In this document: piece after piece, positions 37,902 to 50,817 of the stretch
Numbering within the stretch: the stretch's first letter is position 1
How the letters are laid out: every line of letters begins with the position of its first letter
Source of the DNA: an uncultured Candidatus Rokubacteria bacterium
GTDB taxonomy: Bacteria; Methylomirabilota; Methylomirabilia; Rokubacteriales; DASRDR01
Length of the DNA: 64,000 bases
Reading direction: 5' to 3'
NCBI GenBank assembly: GCA_963805625.1
Contig: CAWDVE010000010.1
Coordinates: 448,001-512,000 of the forward strand
Position numbers and translations under genes: made by a program
The notes under the pieces: model-generated
Databases searched by the model: none
What the model was told of the DNA's origin: nothing
The model's input: the letters and a program-made list of their open reading frames with translations, nothing else

Positions 37902-39334
37902 ATGCCCTCCGGCACGGGCTTGCCCGTCCCGGCCGACACCGGGGCGCAAGCATGCTGCCCGGACGGGAACACCTTCTGGGGGTTCATGAGCCCGCGAGGA
38001 TCGAAGACCCGCCGGACCGCGTGCATCACCTCGAGGTCGTCGGGGTTGAAGAGGAGTGCCAGCTTCTCGGCCTTGTCGAGACCCACGCCGTGCTCACCGG
38101 TCACGGTTCCGCCGAGCGCGATGCAGGCGTGGAGAATCTCCTCGTTCGCCTCGAGCGCCCGGGCGAACTCCCCCGGGACTCGCTCGTCGTAGCAGATCAT
38201 CGGGTGGAGGTTTCCGTCCCCGGCGTGGAACACGTTAGCGACGACGAGCGCGTGGCGGGCGGCGATCTCCTGGATCTGTGCCATGACGGTCGGCAGCTTG
38301 GAGCGCGGCACCACGGCGTCCTGCAGGACGTAGTTGTGCGTGATGCGCCCGACCGCGCCGGCGGCCTCCTTCCGGCCCTTCCAGAGGAGAGCGCGCTCGG
38401 CTTCGTCCCGCGCGACGCGAATCGTCAGCGAGCCCCTGTCGCGGCAGATCCGCGCCACCACCTCGGCCTGCACCTCGACCTCGGCGGCGGGCCCGTCCAG
38501 CTCGATCAGTAGGACCGCCTTCGCCTCGGTCGGGTAGCCGGCGTGGACGCCCGCCTCGACTGCCCGGATGATCGGCTCGTCCATGGCCTCGAGCGCGGCC
38601 GGCACGATCCCCTCGGCGATGATCGCCGACACGGCGGCCGAGGCGACCTCGATTGACTCGAAGGTGGCGACGGCGGTCCGGATGGCCTCGGGGGCCCGCG
38701 TCAGCTTCACCATGACCTTGGTGACGACTCCGAGGGTGCCCTCGGAGCCCACCGCGACCCCCGCGAGATCGTATCCGGGGCGCTCCGCGACGACACTCCC
38801 GAGCGTGAGTACGTCGCCCGTGCCCGTGACCACCTCGAGACCGAGGACGTGGTGCGCCACGTTTCCGTACTTGAGCGCGTGGGGCCCGCCCGCATTGGTG
38901 GCGGCGTTCCCGCCGATCGAGGAGACCATCTGGCTCGAGGGGTCCGGGGCGAAGAAGTAGCCTCGGTCCTGCACGGCGCGTGTCAGGGCGAGGTTGATGA
39001 CGCCCGGCTCCACCACGGCGTACCGGTTGCGGACGTCCACCTCGAGGATGCGGTCCATGCGGTTGACGCCGATCATCACGCCGCCCTTCGGCGCGGTCGC
39101 CCCGCCGATGAGCCCCGTGCCCGAGCCGCGCGGGATGATGGGGACACCCGCCTCCAGGCAGCGGCGGACCACGGCCAGCACCTCGGCGGTCGACCGCGGA
39201 AGCACGACGAGGTCGGGCATGCCCTTGTAGTAGACGAGCATGTCGCACTCGTAGACCAGGCGCTCGTCCGCCGCGGTGACGATCCCATCACGGCCCACGA
39301 TCTCGCGGAGGGCGTCTAGGAGGCGGCGGTCCAT
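37892..39334 (-). CDS. glcD: GlcD-like FAD-linked oxidase subunit
   Basis: 'PRGSGTGL.GG', 'APDPSS', 'GSEGTLG', 'HAGDGNLHP', 'GEHGVG..K', 'MNPQK'. Confidence 0.9.
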   Translation of the reverse strand: MDRRLLDALREIVGRDGIVTAADERLVYECDMLVYYKGMPDLVVLPRSTAEVLAVVRRCLEAGVPIIPRGSGTGLIGGATAPKGGVMIGVNRMDRILEVDVRNRYAVVEPGVINLALTRAVQDRGYFFAPDPSSQMVSSIGGNAATNAGGPHALKYGNVAHHVLGLEVVTGTGDVLTLGSVVAERPGYDLAGVAVGSEGTLGVVTKVMVKLTRAPEAIRTAVATFESIEVASAAVSAIIAEGIVPAALEAMDEPIIRAVEAGVHAGYPTEAKAVLLIELDGPAAEVEVQAEVVARICRDRGSLTIRVARDEAERALLWKGRKEAAGAVGRITHNYVLQDAVVPRSKLPTVMAQIQEIAARHALVVANVFHAGDGNLHPMICYDERVPGEFARALEANEEILHACIALGGTVTGEHGVGLDKAEKLALLFNPDDLEVMHAVRRVFDPRGLMNPQKVFPSGQHACAPVSAGTGKPVPEGMWV

Positions 39335-39437
39335 GATGTCTCCCGAAGAGGCACGTCCACGGCGGTCGCTCCTGGAAAGCCCGGTCGCCGGCACCCCGAG
39401 TCTCGCCGGTGATCCGGCGTCGATGGGGTGCGGTCCC

Positions 39438-40453
39438 TCAGCGGATCGTCCAGGTGTCGCCGGACGTCAGGAGCCGCGCGATGTCGCCCGGGCCGCGCTC
39501 GGACACCGCGCGCTTCTCCTGGTCGGCGACGAGGTCCTCGTAGATGGGCGCCTCGACCTTCGCGAGAACGCCGACCGGGACCGGGAACTGGGGGCTGACC
39601 AGGCTCGCCAGGACCAGGGCCGAGGCGGTGTCGGTCTGGTCGTGTACCCAGAGTCGCTCGACCGGCACGTCGCTGGCAGTGACGACGCGCGCCTTGACCC
39701 CGTCCAGCACCAGGCCCTTCCTGGCGTCGGCGGGACCGAAGACGAGCGGCTTGCCGTGCTCGACCCTGAGCTCGTGCTCGATCTTCGACTCGCGGTCGTA
39801 GAGGATGCCCCACGCCATGTCGTTGTAAATGTTGCAGTTCTGGAGGATCTCCACGAAGGCGGTGCCCCGGTGCGCGGCGGCGCGCTTGAGCGTGTCCTCC
39901 ATGTGCGCGATGTTCCGGTCCACCGTGCGGGCGACGAAGGTGGCGCCCACGCCCAGCGCGAAGGCGCACGGGTTGATCGGCCGGTCCGTCGAGCCCAGCG
40001 GCGTCGACTTCGTGACCTTCCCGAGCTCGCTGGTCGGCGAGTACTGCCCCTTGGTGAGCCCGTAGATCCGGTTGTTGAAGAGCAGGATGGTGACGTTCAC
40101 ATTCCGCCGGAGGATGTGGAGCATGTGATTGCCGCCGATCGAGAGGCCGTCCCCATCCCCGGTGACCACGAAAACCTTGAGGTCCGGACGCGCCAGGCGG
40201 AGACCCGTCGCGATTGCGGGCGCCCGGCCGTGGATCGTGTGGAACCCGTAGGTGTTCATGTAGTACGGGAACCGACTCGAGCAGCCGATCCCGGAAACGA
40301 AGACGATGTCCTCGCGGGGGACACCCAGGTCCGGCATCATCTTCTGGATGGTCGACAGGATCGCGTAGTCCCCGCAGCCGGGGCACCAGCGGACGTCCTG
40401 GTCCGACTCGAAGTCCTTCTTCGTGTAGCGCGGGACCTGCGGCGCGTTCGTGC

Positions 40454-40457
<4 letters not shown>
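39438..40457 (-). CDS. korB: 2-oxoacid:ferredoxin oxidoreductase beta subunit
   Basis: 'WCPGCGD', 'SGIGCSSR', 'HGRA', 'GDGD..SIGGNH', 'YGLTKGQYSPT'. Confidence 0.92.
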
Positions 40458-42325
<1,868 letters not shown>

Positions 42326-42549
42326 GGACCTTCAGTCTCCTTACGTCGGATAAAGCTCTTGACCGGGCCGGCGCGATGGTCGGCGGGGACCCGGCGACAT
42401 GGCGTCACCCGCTCGCGAGCACACGGGGCACATGGTACCCAAAGGCCCGAGACATCGCAAGGTTATGGCGCACCACCGCCGGAGGTCGGCGGCAGCCCGT
42501 CCGGCGACCGTCAGGCACTCCGGGGGCGGGCGGCGGGGGAAGACGCCCA

Positions 42550-43485
42550 TCAGGGTCGCTCGGCCCTGCCCGACCGGCCCGACGAGCCGCCCGGAGCCTC
42601 GACGTCTCCCGCCTTCCGGAGCACGTCGATGAAGCGGTCGACGGCCGGCGGCAGGCGCTGGCCCTTGCGGTGGATGATTGCGATGGGCCGGACCAGGCCT
42701 CCGATCGCGAGCGGCACCGCACCGAGCATCCGGATCCCGACCTCCTTGGCCACCGCGGGCCGCGGCAGGATGCTCACGCCGGCGGCGATGGCGATCGCCT
42801 GCTTGATGGTCTCAATGTTGTCGAACTGCATTACCACCTCCACGCGCACCCCCGCCTGCCGGAGCACGCGGTCGATGGCCCGGCGGATCGGGAGGTCGTG
42901 GTCGAAGGCCACGAATCGCTCGCCCTGGAGGTCGGCCGCCTCCGCGACTCGCCGGCGGGCGAGCCGGTGGCTCGGGTGGCACACGAGCACCATGGGCTCC
43001 TCGCGGAGCGGCAGTACCTGGAGCGCCCGGTTCGCGGGAGGGTACGAGAGGATCCCGAGGTCGACCTCGTCCCCGAGGACCGCCTCGACCACCTTGTGGG
43101 GGTGTAGGCACTCGAGCAGGACGCGCGCGTTGGGGTGCATCGCCATGAAGGGCTGCATGTGGCGGCTCATGTCGTGGAGGCCGACCGAATAGATCGCGGC
43201 CACGCGGACGGTGCCCTCCACGCGGTCCCGGGACGTCGCAAGATCTGCCCGGGCCCGCTCGAAGCCCGCTAGGAGTGCCCGGCACGCTTCGTAGAAGCCT
43301 CGCCCCTCCGGCGTCGGCTGGAGCGGCCGGCGGGAACGGTCGAGGAGCTGGACGTCGAGCTCGGTCTCGAGCTGCTGGATCGCCTGGCTCGCCGCCGACT
43401 GGGTCACCCCGCTCAGGCCGCCGCCGCGGGAGATGCTCCGGAGCCGTACGACGTCGCAGAAGAGCTTCAGCGTCTCGAGCTGCAC
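42550..43485 (-). CDS. LysR-family regulator divergent from gltBD (GltC-like position)
   Basis: HTH 'TQSAASQAIQQLE..L...LLDR'; substrate domain 'FDNIETIKQAI..GVSILP'. Confidence 0.92.
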   Translation of the reverse strand: MQLETLKLFCDVVRLRSISRGGGLSGVTQSAASQAIQQLETELDVQLLDRSRRPLQPTPEGRGFYEACRALLAGFERARADLATSRDRVEGTVRVAAIYSVGLHDMSRHMQPFMAMHPNARVLLECLHPHKVVEAVLGDEVDLGILSYPPANRALQVLPLREEPMVLVCHPSHRLARRRVAEAADLQGERFVAFDHDLPIRRAIDRVLRQAGVRVEVVMQFDNIETIKQAIAIAAGVSILPRPAVAKEVGIRMLGAVPLAIGGLVRPIAIIHRKGQRLPPAVDRFIDVLRKAGDVEAPGGSSGRSGRAERP

Positions 43486-43500
43486 GGCCCTAACCTACAT

Positions 43501-43550
43501 CATTAGTCATGCTAATGCAGCGATTTCTTGTTTTTGGCCTTGGCTAATGC
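43501..43550. promoter_or_regulatory. LysR binding site (T-N11-A inverted repeat) plus second half-site
   Basis: CATTAG-N5-CTAATG at 43501-43517; GCTAATGC recurs at 43543; AT-rich divergent intergenic region. Confidence 0.7.
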
Positions 43551-43647
43551 TCAACACTGATGTAGTCTTCGGCCACTGGCCTCGCAGGCGTCCTTCGCGA
43601 GCGCCGGTGACGGGTGCCGTATGCGGGTGACCGCTGGGAGTGAGCCG

Positions 43648-46600
43648 ATGACGACGCCAGGAATGCCGCCAGCGCAGGGCCTCTACGATCCTCGCCACGA
43701 GCACGACGCGTGCGGCGTCGGCTTCGTCGTGGATCTCAAGGGGCGCAAGTCTCACACGATCGTGACGCAGGCGCTGACCGTCCTGAAGAACCTCCTGCAC
43801 CGGGGCGCGTGCGGCTGCGAGCCGAACACGGGCGACGGGGCGGGTATCCTGATCCAGATGCCGGATCGGTTCCTCCGGCGTGAGTGCGCGCGTCTCGACA
43901 TTCCCCTGCCCGCCCCGGGCGAGTACGGGTGCGGTCTCGTGTTCCTGCCGCGCGAGACCGCGCAGCGCCACCGGGTCCAGGCGCTCCTCCACTCGGTCGT
44001 GGAGCACGAAGGCCAGCGTCTTCTCGGCTGGCGCGACGTCCCCACCGATGACGGGCTGCTCGGCGAGACGGCGCGCTCGGTGGAGCCCGTCATCAAGCAG
44101 GTCTTCGTGGGACAAGGCCCGGACGTCCGGGACCGGTCGCACTTCGAGCGGAAGCTCTACATCATCCGGAAGCTTTTCGAGAAGGCCGCCGCGGCGGCCG
44201 ACGTGCGCGAGCAGACGTTTGCCTATCTGCCGAGCCTCTCGTGCAGCACGCTGATCTACAAGGGCATGCTGAGCGCCGACCAGATCGAGTCCATGTACCC
44301 GGACGTGACGGATCCCGACGTCGAGTCCGCACTGGCGCTCGTGCACCAGCGGTTCAGCACCAACACGTTCCCGTCCTGGCCGCTCGCGCACCCGTACCGG
44401 TACGTCGCGCACAACGGGGAGATCAACACCCTCCGGGGCAACATCAACTGGATGCGCGCCCGGGAGGCGCTGTGCCGCTCCAGCGTGTTCGGTGACGAGC
44501 TGTGGAAGGTGCTGCCCGTCACGCGCGACGGGCTGTCGGACTCAGCCACCTTCGACAACGTCCTCGAGTTTCTGGTCATGAGCGGGCGTTCCCTGCCCCA
44601 CGCGATCCTGATGATGATCCCAGAGCCGTGGCAGAAGCACGAGTCGATGAGCGCGGACCGGCGGGCCTTCTACGAGTATCACTCCGCACTCATGGAGCCC
44701 TGGGACGGCCCGGCGTCGATCGCCTTCACCGACGGGACGGTGATCGGGGCGATCCTCGACCGGAACGGGCTCCGGCCGTCGCGCTACTACGTGATGAAGG
44801 ACGGCCTGGTCGTCATGGCCTCCGAGGTCGGCGTGCTGGACATCCCGCCGGAGGACGTGCTGATCAAGGAGCGCCTGCACCCAGGCCGGATCTTTCTGGT
44901 GGACACGGCGCGCGGCCGGATCGTCGACGACGAGGAGATCAAGGCCGAGCTCGCCGCGGAGCACCCCTACGCCGACTGGCTGCGCGAGAACCTCGTCCAG
45001 CTCGCCGACCTGCCCAAGCACAAGGCGCCCCCCGCCGATCACGACACGGTCCTCCAGCGGCAGATCGCGTTCGGATACACGCACGAGGACCTCCGGATCC
45101 TGATGGCACCTATGGCGAACAAGGGCGAGGAAGCGCTCGGCTCGATGGGCACCGACACCGCGCTCGCCGTCCTTTCGAACCGGCCGCGGCCGCTCTACGA
45201 CTACTTCAAGCAGCTGTTCGCCCAGGTCACGAACCCTCCCCTGGACCAGATCCGGGAAGAGCTCGTGACGTCGATGGAATCCACGATCGGCCCGGAGGGG
45301 AATCTCCTCGAGCCGCGGCCGGAGTCCTGCCGGCAGATCGTCATCCCCGACCCCGTGCTGTCGAACGGAGAGGTCGCCCGCATCCGCCACATGCAGCACC
45401 CCTGGTTCAAGGCAATGACGCTCCCCATGCTCTACCCGGTGGCCGAGGGAGCCGAGGGGCTCGCGCGGGCGCTGGAGGGGCTCCAGGCCCGGGCGAGCCA
45501 GGCGATCGCCGACGGGCACAACGTGCTCATCCTCTCCGACCGCGGGATCTCCCGCGAGCAGGCGGCCATCCCGAGCCTGCTCGCCACGGGGGCTGTCCAC
45601 CACCACCTCACACGGCGTGGCGAGCGTACCCGCGTGGGCCTCGTCCTCGAGACGGGGGACGCGCGCGAGGTGCACCACATGTGCCTGCTCATCGGGTACG
45701 GCGCCGGCGCCGTGAACCCCTGGGTGGCCTTCGAGACGCTGGATGACATGATCCGTCAGGGCCTCCTGCCGGGGATCGACCACAGGGCGGCCGTCAAGAA
45801 CTACATCAAGGCGCTGAACAAGGGGATCCTCAAGGTCATGGCCAAGATGGGGATCTCGGCACTGCAAAGCTACTGCGGGGCGCAGATCTTCGAGGCCATC
45901 GGCCTCGACAAGGACGTGGTCGACCGCTACTTCACGGGCACGCTCTCCCGGGTGAGCGGGATCGGCCTCGACGTCATCGCCGAGGAGGCGCGCCGCCGGC
46001 ACGAGCACGCGTTCCCGACCCGTCCGGTCGGCCCCGCGGAGCTCGACTGGGGCGGCGAATACCAGTGGCGTCGCGACGGCGAGTTCCACCTGTTCAATCC
46101 CGAGACGGTGTTCAAGCTCCAGCACGCGACGCGGAGCGGTCAGTACCAGATCTTCAAGGAGTACACCCGCGCCGTGGACGAGCAGAGCCGGAACCTGGCC
46201 ACGCTCCGAGGCCTGTTCGCCCTCAAGCCCGGCGAGGCGCCCGTGCCCCTCGACGAAGTGGAGCCGGTCGAGTCGATCCTCCGGCACTTCGCCACGGGCG
46301 CCATGTCCTACGGCTCGATCAGCCAGGAGGCCCACGAGACGCTCGCCATTGCGATGAACCGGATCGGCGGCAAGTCGAACACCGGTGAGGGTGGCGAGGA
46401 CTCCGCGCGGTACCGCCGCGAGGCGAACGGGGACTGGCGACGGAGCGCGATCCACCAGGTCGCGTCCGGACGCTTTGGCGTGACCAGCGAGTACCTCGTC
46501 AACTGCGACGACCTCCAGATCAAGATGGCCCAGGGGGCCAAGCCCGGCGAGGGCGGGCAGCTCCCGGGTCACAAGGTCTACCCCTGGATCGCCAAGGTCC

Positions 46601-48210
46601 GGCACTCGACGCCGGGCGTGGGCCTGATCTCGCCACCGCCGCATCACGACATCTACTCCATCGAGGATCTCAAGCAGCTGATCCACGACCTGAAGAACGC
46701 GAACCCGCGGGCGCGGATCCACGTGAAGCTCGTCGCCGAGGTCGGTGTCGGCACCGTGGCGGCGGGGGTGGCCAAGGCCTTCTCGGACGTGGTGCTGATC
46801 TCCGGCCACGACGGCGGGACGGGCGCGTCACCGCTCACGTCGATCAAGCACGGGGGTATCCCGTGGGAGCTCGGTCTCGCCGAGACGCAGCAGGTGCTCG
46901 TTCTCAACAAGCTGCGGGACCGCATCGTCGTCCAGGTGGACGGACAGCTCAAGACGGGGCGCGACGTGGTCATCGCCGCGCTGCTCGGCGCTGAGGAATT
47001 CGGGTTCGCCACCGCGCCGCTGGTCGTCCTGGGCTGCGTCATGATGCGCGTCTGCCACCTCAACACGTGCCCGGTGGGCATCGCGACCCAGGACCCCGAG
47101 CTGCGCAAGCGTTTCTCGGGTGCGCCGGAGTTCGTCACGACCTTCTTCCGGTTCATCGCCGAGGAGGTCCGCGAGCTGATGGCCGGGCTCGGCTTCCGGA
47201 CACTCGACGAGATGATCGGCCGCGTCGACCGCCTGGACGTGCGGGCGGCCATCGACCACTGGAAGGCGCGGGGCCTGGACTTCTCGGCGATCCTCCACCG
47301 CCCCGCCGTCGGGCCGGACGTCGCGATCCACCGGATCCGGCCGCAGGACCACGGGCTCGAGCGCTCGCTGGACGTGAGCACCATCGTGCCCCGATGCCGC
47401 CCGGCGCTCGAGTCCCGGACACCCGTCGACCTGCGCCTGCCCATCCGCAACGTGCACCGGACGGTGGGCACGATCCTCGGATACGAGGTGACCTCGCGGT
47501 ACGGCGCCGACGGTCTTCCCGACGACACCATCCGGATCCACTTCACGGGCTCGGCGGGCCAGAGCTTCGGAGCCTTCGTCCCCCGGGGGATCACGCTCGT
47601 CCTCGAGGGTGATGCGAACGACTATCTCGGCAAGGGGCTCTCGGGCGGCAAGATCATCGCCTTCCCGCCGCGCGCCGCGACCTTCGCGCCCCCGGACAAC
47701 ATCCTGGTCGGAAACGTCGTCCTGTACGGAGCGACGGGCGGCGAGGCGTACGTCCGCGGGGTCGCCGGCGAGCGCTTCGCCGTCCGGAACAGCGGCGCCC
47801 TGGCGGTGGTCGAGGGCGTCGGCGACCACGCGTGCGAGTACATGACGGGGGGCCGGGTGGTCGTCATCGGTCGGACGGGCCGGAACTTCGCCGCGGGGAT
47901 GTCCGGCGGGGTCGCCTACGTGCTCGACTCGGCGGGGGACTTCCGGCGCCGGTGCAACCTCGGCATGGTGGACGTCGAGCCGCTCGTCCAGGACGAGGAC
48001 GTCGAGGAGGTCCGGGAGCTCCTGCGACGCCACGTGCGCTACACGGAGAGCGCTGTCGGCGGGCAGATCCTGGCCGACTGGTCGGCCGCACAGCCGCGCT
48101 TCGTCAAAGTCATGCCGCGGGACTACAAGCGGGCTCTCGCCGCGATGCGCCGCGCCCGGGAGGAGGGCATCCCGTGGGAGCGGGCCGTCATGGAAGGGGC
48201 GCACGGCTAG
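43648..48210 (+). CDS. gltB: Glutamate synthase large subunit
   Basis: 'HDACGVGF', 'HQRFSTNT', 'EPWDGPA', '[15 protein letters not shown]', '[14 protein letters not shown]', GXGXG domain. Confidence 0.98.
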   Translation: MTTPGMPPAQGLYDPRHEHDACGVGFVVDLKGRKSHTIVTQALTVLKNLLHRGACGCEPNTGDGAGILIQMPDRFLRRECARLDIPLPAPGEYGCGLVFLPRETAQRHRVQALLHSVVEHEGQRLLGWRDVPTDDGLLGETARSVEPVIKQVFVGQGPDVRDRSHFERKLYIIRKLFEKAAAAADVREQTFAYLPSLSCSTLIYKGMLSADQIESMYPDVTDPDVESALALVHQRFSTNTFPSWPLAHPYRYVAHNGEINTLRGNINWMRAREALCRSSVFGDELWKVLPVTRDGLSDSATFDNVLEFLVMSGRSLPHAILMMIPEPWQKHESMSADRRAFYEYHSALMEPWDGPASIAFTDGTVIGAILDRNGLRPSRYYVMKDGLVVMASEVGVLDIPPEDVLIKERLHPGRIFLVDTARGRIVDDEEIKAELAAEHPYADWLRENLVQLADLPKHKAPPADHDTVLQRQIAFGYTHEDLRILMAPMANKGEEALGSMGTDTALAVLSNRPRPLYDYFKQLFAQVTNPPLDQIREELVTSMESTIGPEGNLLEPRPESCRQIVIPDPVLSNGEVARIRHMQHPWFKAMTLPMLYPVAEGAEGLARALEGLQARASQAIADGHNVLILSDRGISREQAAIPSLLATGAVHHHLTRRGERTRVGLVLETGDAREVHHMCLLIGYGAGAVNPWVAFETLDDMIRQGLLPGIDHRAAVKNYIKALNKGILKVMAKMGISALQSYCGAQIFEAIGLDKDVVDRYFTGTLSRVSGIGLDVIAEEARRRHEHAFPTRPVGPAELDWGGEYQWRRDGEFHLFNPETVFKLQHATRSGQYQIFKEYTRAVDEQSRNLATLRGLFALKPGEAPVPLDEVEPVESILRHFATGAMSYGSISQEAHETLAIAMNRIGGKSNTGEGGEDSARYRREANGDWRRSAIHQVASGRFGVTSEYLVNCDDLQIKMAQGAKPGEGGQLPGHKVYPWIAKVRHSTPGVGLISPPPHHDIYSIEDLKQLIHDLKNANPRARIHVKLVAEVGVGTVAAGVAKAFSDVVLISGHDGGTGASPLTSIKHGGIPWELGLAETQQVLVLNKLRDRIVVQVDGQLKTGRDVVIAALLGAEEFGFATAPLVVLGCVMMRVCHLNTCPVGIATQDPELRKRFSGAPEFVTTFFRFIAEEVRELMAGLGFRTLDEMIGRVDRLDVRAAIDHWKARGLDFSAILHRPAVGPDVAIHRIRPQDHGLERSLDVSTIVPRCRPALESRTPVDLRLPIRNVHRTVGTILGYEVTSRYGADGLPDDTIRIHFTGSAGQSFGAFVPRGITLVLEGDANDYLGKGLSGGKIIAFPPRAATFAPPDNILVGNVVLYGATGGEAYVRGVAGERFAVRNSGALAVVEGVGDHACEYMTGGRVVVIGRTGRNFAAGMSGGVAYVLDSAGDFRRRCNLGMVDVEPLVQDEDVEEVRELLRRHVRYTESAVGGQILADWSAAQPRFVKVMPRDYKRALAAMRRAREEGIPWERAVMEGAHG

Positions 48211-48217
48211 GCGGGGA

Positions 48218-49666
48218 ATGGGCAAGGTCACCGGCTTCCTCGAGTTCACGCGCGACAAGCAGCCCTATCGGCCGGTCGCCGAGCGGCTGCGTGACTGGGG
48301 CCAGGTCCTGCTGCCCTGGCCGGTGCCGAAGCTCCAGAAGCAAGCGGCACGGTGCATGGACTGCGGCATTCCCTTCTGCCACCAGGGGTGTCCCCTCGGG
48401 AACCTGATCCCCGACTGGAACGACCTGGTCTACCGGGACGACTGGCGGGAGGCTATCGACCGCCTGCACGCGACGAACAACTTTCCGGAGTTCACCGGCA
48501 CGCTCTGCCCCGCTCCGTGCGAGGGTTCCTGCGTCCTCGGAATCAACGACGACCCGGTAACGATCAAGCCGATCGAGCTACAGATCGTCGATCGCGCGTT
48601 CGCCGAGGGCTGGATCGTTCCCGAGCCCCCAACCGTCCAGACCGGCAAGCGCGTCGCTGTGGTGGGGTCCGGTCCCGCTGGGCTCGCGGCGGCCCAGCAG
48701 CTCCGCCGCGCGGGCCACGATGTCACGGTGTTCGAGCGCGCGGACCGGATCGGGGGCCTGCTGCGCTACGGCATCCCCGAGTTCAAGATGGAGAAGCGCG
48801 TCCTCGACCGGCGTCTCGAGCAGATGCGAGCGGAGGGCGTCCGCTTCGTGACGAGGTCCGACGTGGGTGTCGACGTGGACCCCGAGCGTTTGCGCCAGGA
48901 GCAGGACGCGCTTCTCCTGGCTGGCGGCGCGGGGAACCCTCGGGATCTGCCCATCCCCGGGCGCGAGCTCGACGGCATCCACTTCGCGATGGAGTACCTC
49001 CCGCTCCAGAACCGGCGCTGCGAGGGCGACGTTCTCCCGGAGGGAGACTTCATCACGGCGCGGGACAAGCACGTGGTGATCCTCGGCGGCGGCGACACGG
49101 GCGCGGACTGCCTCGGCACGGTGCACCGCCAGGGTGCGCGCTCGGTCCATCAGATGGAGATCCTGCCGCGGCCGCCCGACCAGCGGGCGCCCGACAACCC
49201 GTGGCCCCAGTACCCGAACGTCTATCGGGTCTCCTCGGCTCACGAGGAGGGCGGGGAGCGCGTCTACGCGGTGTCAACCAAGCGCTTCCTCGGCGACGAT
49301 CGCGGGCGCGTCCGCGGTCTCGAGGCGATCCGGGTCGAGGTCGCTCGCGAGGCCGGCCGGCCGGTCTTCCAGGAGATCCCGGGCTCGGAGTTCACGCTGC
49401 CCTGCGAGCTGGTCCTCCTGGCCATGGGCTTCCTCGGCCCGGAGCGCCAGGGCCTGCTCGAGATGCTCGGCGTCCGCCTCACCGAGCGCGGCAACGTCTG
49501 GCGGGACGCGACCTGGATGACGAGCGTCCCCGGCGTGTTCACCGCCGGCGACATGCAGCGCGGGCAGTCGCTCATCGTCTGGGCGATCGCCGAGGGACGC
49601 AGCGCGGCGCGGGGCATCGACCAGTACCTGATGGGCCGCTCGGATCTCCCCGCACCCCTTCCCTAG
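48218..49666 (+). CDS. gltD: Glutamate synthase small subunit
   Basis: '[10 protein letters not shown]', '[14 protein letters not shown]', GSGPAG, 'GGGDTGADC', '[13 protein letters not shown]'. Confidence 0.97.
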   Translation: MGKVTGFLEFTRDKQPYRPVAERLRDWGQVLLPWPVPKLQKQAARCMDCGIPFCHQGCPLGNLIPDWNDLVYRDDWREAIDRLHATNNFPEFTGTLCPAPCEGSCVLGINDDPVTIKPIELQIVDRAFAEGWIVPEPPTVQTGKRVAVVGSGPAGLAAAQQLRRAGHDVTVFERADRIGGLLRYGIPEFKMEKRVLDRRLEQMRAEGVRFVTRSDVGVDVDPERLRQEQDALLLAGGAGNPRDLPIPGRELDGIHFAMEYLPLQNRRCEGDVLPEGDFITARDKHVVILGGGDTGADCLGTVHRQGARSVHQMEILPRPPDQRAPDNPWPQYPNVYRVSSAHEEGGERVYAVSTKRFLGDDRGRVRGLEAIRVEVAREAGRPVFQEIPGSEFTLPCELVLLAMGFLGPERQGLLEMLGVRLTERGNVWRDATWMTSVPGVFTAGDMQRGQSLIVWAIAEGRSAARGIDQYLMGRSDLPAPLP

Positions 49667-50087
49667 ACGTCCGCCGAGCCTCACGCAGAGGACGGCCGAT
49701 TCTTCTCGGTGAGCAAGCTGACGAGAACCCGTTCGCTCGAGTCGACGATCTTCGCCACACGTACCCACTCCGCCTGGCTCCTGTCGCGGCCGACGGGGTG
49801 GCCGTGTTGACCACGCTCAGTCCAGGATCCATGGTCACGCTCCACACGCTCCACTATCCCGCGCGAGTGCAGAGCCATCGGACCCGGCGACGCTGCGCGT
49901 CGAGAAGGAGCCGAGCCTCGGTAAGTAGCGGCTGCGGGGACTCTCAGCCGGAGACAAGACTAGATCTCGGCCCTGGGGTCCTTCCACTGCGCGCTTCGAT
50001 GCGAGCGACGCGTGCCGCTGCGGTGTGCGACGCGGCGGAGCTGTGGAGTGGCAATCGCGGCGGCCGCCCGCCCGTGTCCGGAGAGAC

Positions 50088-50798
50088 TCAGGAAGAGGTG
50101 CCGCGCCAGAGCACGTGCCCCACGAAGAAGGGGCCGAGCGTCTGGATGAACTCGGAGGTCTGCGCGGTGCGGCGCATTGTCTGGACGAGGTGCGAGAGGG
50201 GGTGCAGCTCCCGCCCGACGAGGCCGATCACGAAGTCGTTGTCGTGGGTGTCGAGCCCGTGGCAGGCGAGCCGGACGTCGTGCGCGAGGTCAGCCTCGCC
50301 GTAGGTGCGTCCCAGCGTGGCGTGCTCCTTGAGGATCGCTCCCTGCTCCTGGGGCGTGAGCCGCGCGAACGTTCCCGTCCGGCGGAGCGGATACCAGATC
50401 GCCCACGGCCACTCCGGGCCGAGGGCCGTCCGGCGCGGTCGTGCCAGCAGCCAGTCCTCGAGATCCGTCTCGAAGCCGCTCGAGTAGGTGCGCCCGAACA
50501 TGGTGAGCTCCGGCTTCCGCCGGAGACCCAGGAACGGCTCGGTCCCCAGGAGCTCCCGCCACCGGCCCACGAAGAACGCGGGATTCTCCGCGATGCCGAG
50601 AACGGCCACGCCGAGGGGATCGGCCGCGTCCGCATAGAGCACGCCCTCAACGCGGGCGCGCTCGAGCGCTCCGGTGAGCCGCTTCGGGTCATCGCAGTCG
50701 CCGAAGACCTGGAGCTGCATGTAGAGCCGGCGCGTCGAGGTCTGCCGGTTGGCCCCGTGCTCCCGGACGTCCACCGGGCTCCCCTCCGGTTGCGTCAT
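50088..50798 (-). CDS. Chlorite dismutase/coproheme decarboxylase (ChdC/HemQ-like) family heme protein
   Basis: 'WYPLRR', proximal 'EHATLGRTY', 'CHGLD....DFVIG', 'GPFFVG'. Confidence 0.78.
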   Translation of the reverse strand: MTQPEGSPVDVREHGANRQTSTRRLYMQLQVFGDCDDPKRLTGALERARVEGVLYADAADPLGVAVLGIAENPAFFVGRWRELLGTEPFLGLRRKPELTMFGRTYSSGFETDLEDWLLARPRRTALGPEWPWAIWYPLRRTGTFARLTPQEQGAILKEHATLGRTYGEADLAHDVRLACHGLDTHDNDFVIGLVGRELHPLSHLVQTMRRTAQTSEFIQTLGPFFVGHVLWRGTSS

Positions 50799-50817
50799 GG
50801 CTCGCCCTCCGCCGCGG

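Noticed and set aside
44542-48258. Long minus-strand ORFs (755 and 476 aa) opposite gltB, and similar shadows such as 1115-2956, 9714-11411 and 56672-58876
   Set aside because: Antisense or off-frame shadows expected at high GC; no family motifs
49681-49878. 65-aa minus-strand ORF in the gltD-chdC gap
   Set aside because: No RBS, motif or recognisable family; could be a decayed fragment but unsupported
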